From Auanema rhodensis (lineage: Eukaryota > Animalia > Nematoda): a stretch of DNA of 64,000 nucleotides. This document shows, one piece after another, positions 19,383 to 31,900 of the stretch. The position numbers and the translations under genes are program-made. The notes beneath the pieces are model-generated. The model saw only the letters and a list, made by a program, of their open reading frames with translations. It did no database searches and had not been told where the DNA came from. The DNA lies in NCBI GenBank assembly GCA_964057225.1, contig OZ059894.1, positions 18,476,001 to 18,540,000 of the forward strand. Direction: 5' to 3'. Positions within the stretch are counted from its first letter, which is position 1. Each line of letters starts with the position of its first letter.

Positions 19383-20406
19383 TATTTTGGCGAGCATTTA
19401 TTACGATATAAAACATCCAGCTTCATATACATCAGCCAAGAATTTATTATCGCAAGCACGAAAACATGGCATTTCAAAGGTACAAGTTGATGATTTTTTG
19501 CAAGATTCTGAAACTTTTACACGGCATAAACCAACCAGAATGCGTATGCAAACTAGAAAGACTAGAGGATGTGGTCGATTTCTAACAGTGCAAGCAGATT
19601 TGGTTGATATGCAAAAATATAAAAAATTAAACGACGGCTATGCTTACATGTTGACCATGATTGATGTTTATACACGCATGTTATATGTTAGGCCTTTGAA
19701 AACTAAAGGTGGTATAGAGGTTGCTAGTGCATTTGAAAATTTATTCAAGAATTTTATACCAATTCAGTTGATTACTGATAATGGCACAGAGTTTTATAAT
19801 AGTCATTGTGAAAAACTATTCAAAAAGTTTGCCATACTGCACGGATCTACAAGTTCACCACAAAAGGCTGCAATGGTGGAGCGAGCAAATAGAACTTTAA
19901 AAACACGCATGATGAAATATCTCTATTACAAGAATAATCATCGATGGATTGATATCCTAGATGACTTGGTTGAAGGAATAAATAAATCTTATAATCGGTC
20001 AATTAAAATGCGGCCCATTGATGTTAAAGCAAATATATTCATTGAAGAATATGCACCAGCTGTTAAAAGCCGCTTTAAAATTGGTGATACTGTTCGCATA
20101 AGCAAAAATAGGCGTACTTTTGAAAAAAGCTACGAGTCTGGATATACAATGGAGCTGTTCACAATTGATGAGGTTGTAACCGGAAACCCAACCGTGTATA
20201 AACTTGTAGATTATAATGGTGAACGTATAAAGGGAATATTCTACGAACCTGAACTTGTCTTGGCTACTAATAAAAGCAACAAGTACTATATAGAAAAAGT
20301 TTTAAAAGAGCGTACTCGAAGCGGTAAACGTCAAGTATTTGTAAAATGGAGTGGATATCCCGACAACTTTAATGAATGGATAGATGCAGAAAATTTAAAT
20401 GTATAA
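19339..20406 (+). CDS. Retroviral-like (RVE, DDE) integrase with C-terminal chromodomain, ~355 aa
   Basis: D in QADLVD, D in ITDNGTEF, E in VERANRTLK. SH3-like FKIGDTVRIS. Chromodomain YYIEKVL...VFVKWSGYP...NEWI. First ATG at 19339. Confidence 0.95.
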   Translation: MAKVVKGSTLDYGNDILASIYYDIKHPASYTSAKNLLSQARKHGISKVQVDDFLQDSETFTRHKPTRMRMQTRKTRGCGRFLTVQADLVDMQKYKKLNDGYAYMLTMIDVYTRMLYVRPLKTKGGIEVASAFENLFKNFIPIQLITDNGTEFYNSHCEKLFKKFAILHGSTSSPQKAAMVERANRTLKTRMMKYLYYKNNHRWIDILDDLVEGINKSYNRSIKMRPIDVKANIFIEEYAPAVKSRFKIGDTVRISKNRRTFEKSYESGYTMELFTIDEVVTGNPTVYKLVDYNGERIKGIFYEPELVLATNKSNKYYIEKVLKERTRSGKRQVFVKWSGYPDNFNEWIDAENLNV

Positions 20407-20700
20407 TTTTTCAATGTTATAAACAATTGTAATTATAATAAATGATTTATTTGATATATCGCATAATGTAACAATAAAAAACCAGCAAAATACAAACAAC
20501 AATTCAACCTGGAAAAAAAAATGTAGACTATTCAAATTTTCAAATTCTTACCAGTTGGTTGATCATTCGTCCTCAATTGATGAGCCATTGATGGATATTC
20601 GCAAGAGCTGGAAAAAAAAAATGTTACGGCTGAGAATATAAAAATGCCACATAACAAAACAAGAATAAAACGCCAATTGTACTATTTGTGCTTGTTGTAG

Positions 20701-21285
20701 TCAAAATGAAGGATCAAAGCGGATAAACATGTTCAGGTTGAGTGCTTCTGGACTTAGTTTAAAGTAGAATACATTCTGCTTATAACCAAAAGTCTTTACA
20801 GTAGCCTCATCTGCATATATAACAATATAGCCCATATTGTTCAACAATTGCTTGCACGTCATGGTGTTATAAGAGCGCATCTAAAAAATGATAAAATTGA
20901 AAATAAATAAATATGCAAGCTTACATTAATAGAGAACTTTTCGGGCTTATAGTGACGAAACTCCTTCAAAAGACCCAACGCATCATTCCTTCCTCTACAC
21001 TTTATACAGAGGCTGAAACAGTGATACTCGTCTATAACCTGCAATGATTCCCTACAAGTTTTGCAGAGACAAATTGGTCTCATTAATACACTCCTTGGTG
21101 GAGTGCTCTCTCTCAGAATCTCCATCTGCTTTATTGGTGAATCTAAATTAAAGATTTAAAAAATACAAGTTAAGGTTCATACCAAAACTTGTAAAATTTG
21201 GAGCTGGTGTGGGTGGTCGTGGTACTTCAGGTTCAGGCGATTTGCGCACCACATTTGTCACATCAGCAAGTACAGCACGCTTCAT
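20701..21285 (-). CDS. Spliced orphan gene, ~166 aa, with N-terminal D-box and Cys/His cluster. Exons 21285-21183, 21142-20925, 20880-20701
   Basis: GTATGA...TTTAG 40-nt and GTAAGC...TTTTAG 44-nt introns join three exons in frame (501 nt): MKRAVLADVTNVVRKSPEPEVPRPPTPAPNFTSFDSPIKQMEILRESTPPR...CLCKTC...HCFSLCIKC...FSIN-MRSYNTMTCKQLL...FIRFDPSF*. Confidence 0.75.
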
Positions 21286-21919
21286 TTCCGCTAAAGATCC
21301 AACTTTCTAAAATATAAGGCAAACTTGCAGAGAGGAGCAGTCTATGGCGATTGGCAAAGAGTGGCAGGAGATGGTGAAACGTCGGATCCTCGGATAGTTG
21401 GCAGAGCTGAAATGTAAATGTAGCAAAATTGTCAACCTTTTATACAAAGATTTTTGTAAAGTACAACCCATTGTGTTACAATCAAGTTTGCTGATGAAAT
21501 TCTCTTATTAATTAGATTTTACAGCATATTTATGCAGATATACTCATCTTATCGACAGTTGCCAGCAGTTGGCGCACTCTGAACCTGTAAACAATCTGCA
21601 TATTAATTAGTTTTTACATCTCTTTAAACATTATTGTTTACCGTTTGTGCCATAAACAACAGCCATCTCTGTAAAACATTTAGGCTTTTTAAACTTTGCT
21701 TAATAGCTCATATATTATTCATAGTATACTTTTACACCCATATTGTAGCACAAAACATATGACTGCCAACGTTTTATATGTGAAAAATATTTCATTCTTT
21801 AATATTTAATAATGATTATATTACGAAACTAAAACTTTTGAAATGTTAAAATGATTATACTATATTTAAACCCCCACAGTGCAGTTATTACTGTTTATTA
21901 ACCATCGATATGCGTGGCG

Positions 21920-22914
21920 TTGAGGTCAGCGCAACTGTTTGTTAATCTTATTGTATTTACCTTCAATGTGTGCTCTATAGAGTTATTGTATTGTTATATT
22001 AGTAAAATAAAGTTTAAAACTAATCTTTTATTATAATTTGAAACCTTTACTTGTTAGAATAAATATAATTAATAACAATTCGCAATTTCAAAAATTAATA
22101 ATTTAATGTCGTTCTTATCGAATTAACCTTCGATATGTGTTCCATTAAATTTTGGTATTTCATATCGTTCTTATCGAATTAACCTTCGATATGTGTTCCA
22201 TTAAATTTTGGTATTTCATATCGTTCTTATCGAATTAACTTTCGATATGTGTTCCATTGAATTACCCATAACAAGTACGGTGAACAAAATTATCTACATG
22301 CAAAAATTTTATTGATCTTTAAAATAAAAACAATACAAACACAATACAATAAAAAATAAACAAAATAAGTAAACAAACATTATTAATAAATATAATAAAG
22401 AAATAAATAAAATTTAAGAACAAATTTATATATTTAAAATTTAAATATAATTTATATATAAAATTTAAAGTTTAAATATAATTTATATATATAAAATTTA
22501 AATATAATTTAAATAATTAAAGTTTAAATAAAATTTATATATATATAAAATTTAAATATAATTTAAATATTTAAAATTAAGATTTTTATTTTTACTTAAT
22601 ATATTTAAAAATAATTGAAAATATATACATACATTTGAAAAAGCATATTTAAATTTGATTTAAAAAAAAAAAAAAATTAAAAAAAAAAATCAAAAAAAAA
22701 AAAAATCATGCTTTAAATCATGACTTTTATATTTAAAAAAGGAAAATCCATGAACCATGATCCTAAAATATGATTTTAACAGCTGACGCTCAAAAATATG
22801 TTTTTGACAGCTGACGCGCCCCAAAAGTATGTTTTTAGCAGCTGACGCCCCCAAAAGTATGTTTTTGACAGCTGTTTGGGGGCGTGGTTAGTAAATTTTG
22901 CACGGCTCTCTACT
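21920..22914 (-). repeat. Right terminal inverted repeat (~995 bp)
   Basis: Mirror of 7252-8181. It is longer because of a poly-A expansion at ~22662-22705 and extra AT-rich copies. Confidence 0.93.
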
Positions 22915-22920
22915 CAGTTG
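22915..22920 (+). repeat. Target-site duplication, right copy (CAGTTG)
   Basis: Identical to 7246-7251. Confidence 0.97.
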
Positions 22921-25900
22921 ATATCTCGGTGCATTTTTAAGCTAGCGCAAATCTGATAACACAGATCGACGCAGCTTAAAAATCCGCATCGAATGCACTA
23001 TACTACATTGAGAAACGCTTAATACAAAAATTAGTTATGATCGTTTGAAAAATGATGCATTAGTGTATGTTGAGTTTCCATGTACACTCAACATTGCTTC
23101 CAAAAACATTTTGACAAAAATTTTTTCGAAAAATTTCAAAATAATTTAGCAAAAAGTAGATGTTTTTAGATTCCTTTTTTCAAGGCAAAGACGATGGACA
23201 ATGTTATTCAACGAAAAAATTAATTCTTCAGGGTGAAAATCGAGGATATAAGTGTGAACTTATATCAGTTGATATCTCGGTGCATTTTTAAGCTAGCGCA
23301 AATCTGATAACACAGATCGACGCAGCTTAAAAATTCGCATCGAATGCACTATACTACATTGAGAAACGCTTAATACAAAAATTAGTTATGATCGTTTGAA
23401 AAATGATGCATTAGTGTATGTTGAGTTTCCATGTACACTCAACATTGCTTCCAAAAACATTTTGACAAAAATTTTTTCGAAAAATTTCAAAATAATTTAG
23501 CAAAAAGTAGATGTTTTTAGATTCCTTTTTTCAAGGCAAAGACGATGGACAATGTTATTCAACGAAAAAATTAATTCTTCAGGGTGAAAATCGAGGATAT
23601 AAGTGTGAACTTATATCAGTTGATATCTCGGTGCCTTTTTAAGCTAGCGCAAATCTGATAACACAGATCGACGCAGCTTAAAAATTCGCATCGAATGCAC
23701 TATACTACATTGAGAAACGCTTAATACAAAAATTAGTTATGATCGTTTGAAAAATGATGCATTAGTGTATGTTGAGTTTCCATGTACACTCAACATTGCT
23801 TCCAAAAACATTTTGACAAAAATTTTTTCGAAAAATTTCAAAATAATTTAGCAAAAAGTAGATGTTTTTAGATTCCTTTTTTCAAGGCAAAAACGATGGA
23901 CAATGTTATTCAACGAAAAATTTAATTCTTCAGGGTGAAAATTGAGGATATAAGTGTGAACTTATATCAGTTGATATCTCGGTGCATTTTTAAGCTAGCG
24001 CAAATCTGTTAACACAGATCAACGCAGCTTAAAAATCCGCATCGAATGCACTATACTACATTGAGAAACGCTTAATACAAAAATTAGTTATGATCGTTTG
24101 AAAAATGATGCATTAGTGTATGTTGAGTTTCCATGTACACTCAACATTGCTTCCAAAAACATTTTGACAAAAATTTTTTCGAAAAATTTCAAAATAATTT
24201 AGCAAAAAGTAGATGTTTTTAGATTCCTTTTTTCAAGGCAAAGACGATGGACAATGTTATTCAACGAAAAAAATAATTCTTCAGGGTGAAAATCGAGGAT
24301 ATAAGTGTGAACTTATATCAGTTGATATCTCGGTGCATTTTTAAGCTAGCGCAAATCTGATAACACAGATCGACGCAGCTTAAAAATCCGCATCGAATGC
24401 ACTATACTACATTGAGAAACGCTTAATACAAAAATTAGTTATGATCGTTTGAAAAATGATGCATTAGTGTATGTTGAGTTTCCATGTACACTCAACATTG
24501 CTTCCAAAAACATTTTGACAAAAATTTTTTCGAAAAATTTCAAAATAATTTAGCAAAAAGTAGATGTTTTTAGATTCCTTTTTTCAAGGCAAAGACGATG
24601 GACAATGTTATTCAACGAAAAATTTAATTCTTCAGGGTGAAAATTGAGGATATAAGTGTGAACTTATATCAGTTGATATCTCGGTGCATTTTTAAGCTAG
24701 CACAAATCTGATAACACAGATCGACGCAGCTTAAAAATCCGCATCGAATGCACTATACTACATTGAGAAACGCTTAATACAAAAATTAGTTATGATCGTT
24801 TGAAAAATGATGCATTAGTGTATGTTGAGTTTCCATGTACACTCAACATTGCTTCCAAAAACATTTTGACAAAAATTTTTTCGAAAAATTTCAAAATAAT
24901 TTAGCAAAAAGTAGATGTTTTTAGATTCCTTTTTTCAAGGCAAAGACGATGGACAATGTTATTCAACGAAAAATTTAATTCTTCAGGGTGAAAATTGAGG
25001 ATATAAGTGTGAACTTATATCAGTTGATATCTCGGTGCATTTTTAAGCTAGCGCAAATCTGTTAACACAGATCAACGCAGCTTAAAAATCCGCATCGAAT
25101 GCACTATACTACATTGAGAAACGCTTAATACAAAAATTAGTTATGATCGTTTGAAAAATGATGCATTAGTGTATGTTGAGTTTCCATGTACACTCAACAT
25201 TGCTTCCAAAAACATTTTGACAAAAATTTTTTCGAAAAATTTCAAAATAATTTAGCAAAAAGTAGATGTTTTTAGATTCCTTTTTTCAAGGCAAAGACGA
25301 TGGACAATGTTATTCAACGAAAAAATTAATTCTTCAGGGTGAAAATCGAGGATATAAGTGTGAACTCATATCAGTTGATATCTCGGTGCATTTTTAAGCT
25401 AGCACAAATCTGATAACACAGATCGACGCAGCTTAAAAATCCGCATCGAATGCACTATACTACATTGAGAAACGCTTAATAAAAAAATTAGTTATGATCG
25501 TTTGAAAAATGATGCATTAGTGTATGTTGAGTTTCCATGTACACTCAACATTGCTTCCAAAAACATTTTGACAAAAATTTTTTCGAAAAATTTCAAAATA
25601 ATTTAGCAAAAAGTAGATGTTTTTAGATTCCTTTTTTCAAGGCAAAGACGATGGACAATGTTATTCAACGAAAAAAATAATTCTTCAGGGTGAAAATCGA
25701 GGATATAAGTGTGAACTTATATCAGTTGATATCTCGGTGCATTTTTAAGCTAGCGCAAATCTGATAACACAGATCGACGCAGCTTAAAAATCCGCATCGA
25801 ATGCACTATACTACATTGAGAAACGCTTAATAAAAAAATTAGTTATGATCGTTTGAAAAATGATGCATTAGTGTATGTTGAGTTTCCATGTACACTCAAC

Positions 25901-28900
25901 ATTGCTTCCAAAAACATTTTGACAAAAATTTTTTCGAAAAATTTCAAAATAATTTAGCAAAAAGTAGATGTTTTTAGATTCCTTTTTTCAAGGCAAAGAC
26001 GATGGACAATGTTATTCAACGAAAAAAATAATTCTTCAGGGTGAAAATCGAGGATATAAGTGTGAACTTATATCAGTTGATATCTCGGTGCATTTTTAAG
26101 CTAGCGCAAATCTGATAACACAGATCGACGCAGCTTAAAAATCCGCATCGAATGCACTATACTACATTGAGAAACGCTTAATACAAAAATTAGTTATGAT
26201 CGTTTGAAAAATGATGCATTAGTGTATGTTGAGTTTCCATGTACACTCAACATTGCTTCCAAAAACATTTTGACAAAAATTTTTTCGAAAAATTTCAAAA
26301 TAATTTAGCAAAAAGTAGATGTTTTTAGATTCCTTTTTTCAAGGCAAAGACGATGGACAATGTTATTCAACGAAAAAAATAATTCTTCAGGGTGAAAATC
26401 GAGGATATAAGTGTGAACTTATATCAGTTGATATCTCGGTGCATTTTTAAGCTAGCGCAAATCTGATAACACAGATCGACGCAGCTTAAAAATCCGCATC
26501 GAATGCACTATACTACATTGAGAAACGCTTAATAAAAAAATTAGTTATGATCGTTTGAAAAATGATGCATTAGTGTATGTTGAGTTTCCATGTACACTCA
26601 ACATTGCTTCCAAAAACATTTTGACAAAAATTTTTTCGAAAAATTTCAAAATAATTTAGCAAAAAGTAGATGTTTTTAGATTCCTTTTTTCAAGGCAAAG
26701 ACGATGGACAATGTTATTCAACGAAAAAAATAATTCTTCAGGGTGAAAATCGAGGATATAAGTGTGAACTTATATCAGTTGATATCTCGGTGCATTTTTA
26801 AGCTAGCGCAAATCTGATAACACAGATCGACGCAGCTTAAAAATCCGCATCGAATGCACTATACTACATTGAGAAACGCTTAATACAAAAATTAGTTATG
26901 ATCGTTTGAAAAATGATGCATTAGTGTATGTTGAGTTTCCATGTACACTCAACATTGCTTCCAAAAACATTTTGACAAAAATTTTTTCGAAAAATTTCAA
27001 AATAATTTAGCAAAAAGTAGATGTTTTTAGATTCCTTTTTTCAAGGCAAAGACGATGGACAATGTTATTCAACGAAAAAAATAATTCTTCAGGGTGAAAA
27101 TCGAGGATATAAGTGTGAACTTATATCAGTTGATATCTCGGTGCATTTTTAAGCTAGCGCAAATCTGATAACACAGATCGACGCAGCTTAAAAATCCGCA
27201 TCGAATGCACTATACTACATTGAGAAACGCTTAATACAAAAATTAGTTATGATCGTTTGAAAAATGATGCATTAGTGTATGTTGAGTTTCCATGTACACT
27301 CAACATTGCTTCCAAAAACATTTTGACAAAAATTTTTTCGAAAAATTTCAAAATAATTTAGCAAAAAGTAGATGTTTTTAGATTCCTTTTTTCAAGGCAA
27401 AGACGATGGACAATGTTATTCAACGAAAAATTTAATTCTTCAGGGTGAAAATTGAGGATATAAGTGTGAACTTATATCAGTTGATATCTCGGTGCATTTT
27501 TAAGCTAGCGCAAATCTGTTAACACAGATCAACGCAGCTTAAAAATCCGCATCGAATGCACTATACTACATTGAGAAACGCTTAATACAAAAATTAGTTA
27601 TGATCGTTTGAAAAATGATGCATTAGTGTATGTTGAGTTTCCATGTACACTCAACATTGCTTCTAAAAACATTTTGACAAAAATTTTTTCGAAAAATTTC
27701 AAAATAATTTAGCAAAAAGTAGATGTTTTTAGATTCCTTTTTTCAAGGCAAAGACGATGGACAATGTTATTCAACGAAAAAAATAATTCTTCAGGGTGAA
27801 AATCGAGGATATAAGTGTAAACTTATATCAGTTGATATCTCGGTGCATTTTTAAGCTAGCGCAAATCTGATAACACAGATCGACGCAGCTTAAAAATCCG
27901 CATCGAATGCACTATACTACATTGAGAAACGCTTAATACAAAAATTAGTTATGATCGTTTGAAAAATGATGCATTAGTGTATGTTGAGTTTCCATGTACA
28001 CTCAACATTGCTTCCAAAAACATTTTGACAAAAATTTTTTCGAAAAATTTCAAAATAATTTAGCAAAAAGTAGATGTTTTTAGATTCCTTTTTTCAAGGC
28101 AAAGACGATGGACAATGTTATTCAACGAAAAATTTAATTCTTCAGGGTGAAAATCGAGGATATAAGTGTGAACTTATATCAGTTGATATCTCGGTGCATT
28201 TTTAAGCTAGCGCAAATCTGATAACACAGATCGACGCAGCTTAAAAATCCGCATCGAATGCACTATACTTCATTGAGAAACGCTTAATACAAAAATTAGT
28301 TATGATCGTTTGAAAAATGATGCATTAGTGTATGTTGAGTTTCCATGTACACTCAACATTGCTTCCAAAAACATTTTGACAAAAATTTTTTCGAAAAATT
28401 TCAAAATAATTTAGCAAAAAGTAGATGTTTTTAGATTCCTTTTTTCAAGGCAAAGACGATGGACAATGTTATTCAACGAAAAAATTAATTCTTCAGGGTG
28501 AAAATCGAGGATATAAGTGTGAACTTATATCAGTTGATATCTCGGTGCATTTTTAAGCTAGCACAAATCTGATAACACAGATCGACGCAGCTTAAAAATC
28601 CGCATCGAATGCACTATACTACATTGAGAAACGCTTAATACAAAAATTAGTTATGATCGTTTGAAAAATGATGCATTAGTGTATGTTGAGTTTCCATGTA
28701 CACTCAACATTGCTTCCAAAAACATTTTGACAAAAATTTTTTCGAAAAATTTCAAAATAATTTAGCAAAAAGTAGATGTTTTTAGATTCCTTTTTTCAAG
28801 GCAAAGACGATGGACAATGTTATTCAACGAAAAAAATAATTCTTCAGGGTGAAAATCGAGGATATAAGTGTGAACTTATATCAGTTGATATCTCGGTGCA

Positions 28901-31900
28901 TTTTTAAGCTAGCGCAAATCTGATAACACAGATCGACGCAGCTTAAAAATCCGCATCGAATGCACTATACTACATTGAGAAACGCTTAATACAAAAATTA
29001 GTTATGATCGTTTGAAAAATGATGCATTAGTGTATGTTGAGTTTCCATGTACACTCAACATTGCTTCCAAAAACATTTTGACAAAAATTTTTTCGAAAAA
29101 TTTCAAAATAATTTAGCAAAAAGTAGATGTTTTTAGATTCCTTTTTTCAAGGCAAAGACGATGGACAATGTTATTCAACGAAAAAATTAATTCTTCAGGG
29201 TGAAAATCGAGGATATAAGTGTGAACTTATATCAGTTGATATCTCGGTGCATTTTTAAGCTAGCACAAATCTGATAACACAGATCGACGCAGCTTAAAAA
29301 TACGCATCGAATGCACTATACTACATTGAGAAACGCTTAATACAAAAATTAGTTATGATCGTTTGAAAAATGATGCATTAGTGTATGTTGAGTTTCCATG
29401 TACACTCAACATTGCTTCCAAAAACATTTTGACAAAAATTTTTTCGAAAAATTTCAAAATAATTTAGCAAAAAGTAGATGTTTTTAGATTCCTTTTTTCA
29501 AGGCAAAGACGATGGACAATGTTATTCAACGAAAAAAATAATTCTTCAGGGTGAAAATCGAGGATATAAGTGTGAACTTATATCAGTTGATATCTCGGTG
29601 CATTTTTAAGCTAGCGCAAATCTGATAACACAGATCGACGCAGCTTAAAAATCCGCATCGAATGCACTATACTACATTGAGAAACGCTTAAAACAAAAAT
29701 TAGTTATGATCGTTTGAAAAATGATGCATTAGTGTATGTTGAGTTTCCATGTACACTCAACATTGCTTCCAAAAACATTTTGACAAAAATTTTTTCGAAA
29801 AATTTCAAAATAATTTAGCAAAAAGTAGATGTTTTTAGATTCCTTTTTTCAAGGCAAAGACGATGGACAATGTTATTCAACGAAAAATTTAATTCTTCAG
29901 GGTGAAAATCGAGGATATAAGTGTGAAGTTATATCAGTTGATATCTCGGTGCATTTTTAAGCTAGCGCAAATCTGTTAACACAGATCAACGCAGCTTAAA
30001 AATCCGCATCGAATGCACTATACTACATTGAGAAACGCTTAATACAAAAATTAGTTATGATCGTTTGAAAAATGATGCATTAGTGTATGTTGAGTTTCCA
30101 TGTACACTCAACATTGCTTCCAAAAACATTTTGACAAAAATTTTTTCGAAAAATTTCAAAATAATTTAGCAAAAAGTAGATGTTTTTAGATTCCTTTTTT
30201 CAAGGCAAAGACGATGGACAATGTTATTCAACGAAAAAAATAATTCTTCAGGGTGAAAATCGAGGATATAAGTGTGAACTTATATCAGTTGATATCTCGG
30301 TGCATTTTTAAGCTAGCGCAAATCTGATAACACAGATCGACGCAGCTTAAAAATCCGCATCGAATGCACTATACTACATTGAGAAACGCTTAAAACAAAA
30401 ATTAGTTATGATCGTTTGAAAAATGATGCATTAGTGTATGTTGAGTTTCCATGTACACTCAACATTGCTTCCAAAAACATTTTGACAAAAATTTTTTCGA
30501 AAAATTTCAAAATAATTTAGCAAAAAGTAGATGTTTTTAGATTCCTTTTTTCAAGGCAAAGACGATGGACAATGTTATTCAACGAAAAATTTAATTCTTC
30601 AGGGTGAAAATCGAGGATATAAGTGTGAAGTTATATCAGTTGATATCTCGGTGCATTTTTAAGCTAGCGCAAATCTGTTAACACAGATCAACGCAGCTTA
30701 AAAATCCGCATCGAATGCACTATACTACATTGAGAAACGCTTAATACAAAAATTAGTTATGATCGTTTGAAAAATGATGCATTAGTGTATGTTGAGTTTC
30801 CATGTACACTCAACATTGCTTCCAAAAACATTTTGACAAAAATTTTTTCGAAAAATTTCAAAATAATTTAGCAAAAAGTAGATGTTTTTAGATTCCTTTT
30901 TTCAAGGCAAAGACGATGGACAATGTTATTCAACGAAAAATTTAATTCTTCAGGGTGAAAATCGAGGATATAAGTGTGAAGTTATATCAGTTGATATCTC
31001 GGTGCATTTTTAAGCTAGCGCAAATCTGTTAACACAGATCAACGCAGCTTAAAAATCCGCATCGAATGCACTATACTACATTGAGAAACGCTTAATACAA
31101 AAATTAGTTATGATCGTTTGAAAAATGATGCATTAGTGTATGTTGAGTTTCCATGTACACTCAACATTGCTTCCAAAAACATTTTGACAAAAATTTTTTC
31201 GAAAAATTTCAAAATAATTTAGCAAAAAGTAGATGTTTTTAGATTCCTTTTTTCAAGGCAAAGACGATGGACAATGTTATTCAACGAAAAAATTAATTCT
31301 TCAGGGTGAAAATCGAGGATATAAGTGTGAACTTATATCAGTTGATATCTCGGTGCATTTTTAAGCTAGCGCAAATCTGTTAACACAGATCAACGCAGCT
31401 TAAAAATCCGCATCGAATGCACTATACTACATTGAGAAACGCTTAATACAAAAATTAGTTATGATCGTTTGAAAAATGATGCATTAGTGTATGTTGAGTT
31501 TCCATGTACACTCAACATTGCTTCCAAAAACATTTTGACAAAAATTTTTTCGAAAAATTTCAAAATAATTTAGCAAAAAGTAGATGTTTTTAGATTCCTT
31601 TTTTCAAGGCAAAGACGATGGACAATGTTATTCAACGAAAAATTTAATTCTTCAGGGTGAAAATCGAGGATATAAGTGTGAACTTATATCAGTTGATATC
31701 TCGGTGCATTTTTAAGCTAGCGCAAATCTGATAACAGAGATCGACGCAGCTTAAAAATCCGCATCGAATGCACTATACTTCATTGAGAAACGCTTAATAC
31801 AAAAATTAGTTATGATCGTTTGAAAAATGATGCATTAGTGTATGTTGAGTTTCCATGTACACTCAACATTGCTTCCAAAAACATTTTGACAAAAATTTTT

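Larger units (their letters stand above)
7252..22914. mobile_element. Complete Maverick/Polinton (polintovirus-like element), 15,663 bp
   Basis: Starts AGTAGAGAGCCGTGCAAAATTTACTAACC and ends with its exact reverse complement. Has long TIRs, a 6-bp TSD, and pPolB, RVE integrase, ATPase, protease and two capsid genes, the canonical Polinton set. Confidence 0.98.

Noticed and set aside
7252-22914. Herpesvirus gB-like fusogen or toxin cargo as described for some Caenorhabditis Mavericks
   Set aside because: No ORF or unassigned space is large enough, and I saw no signal-peptide/transmembrane glycoprotein.
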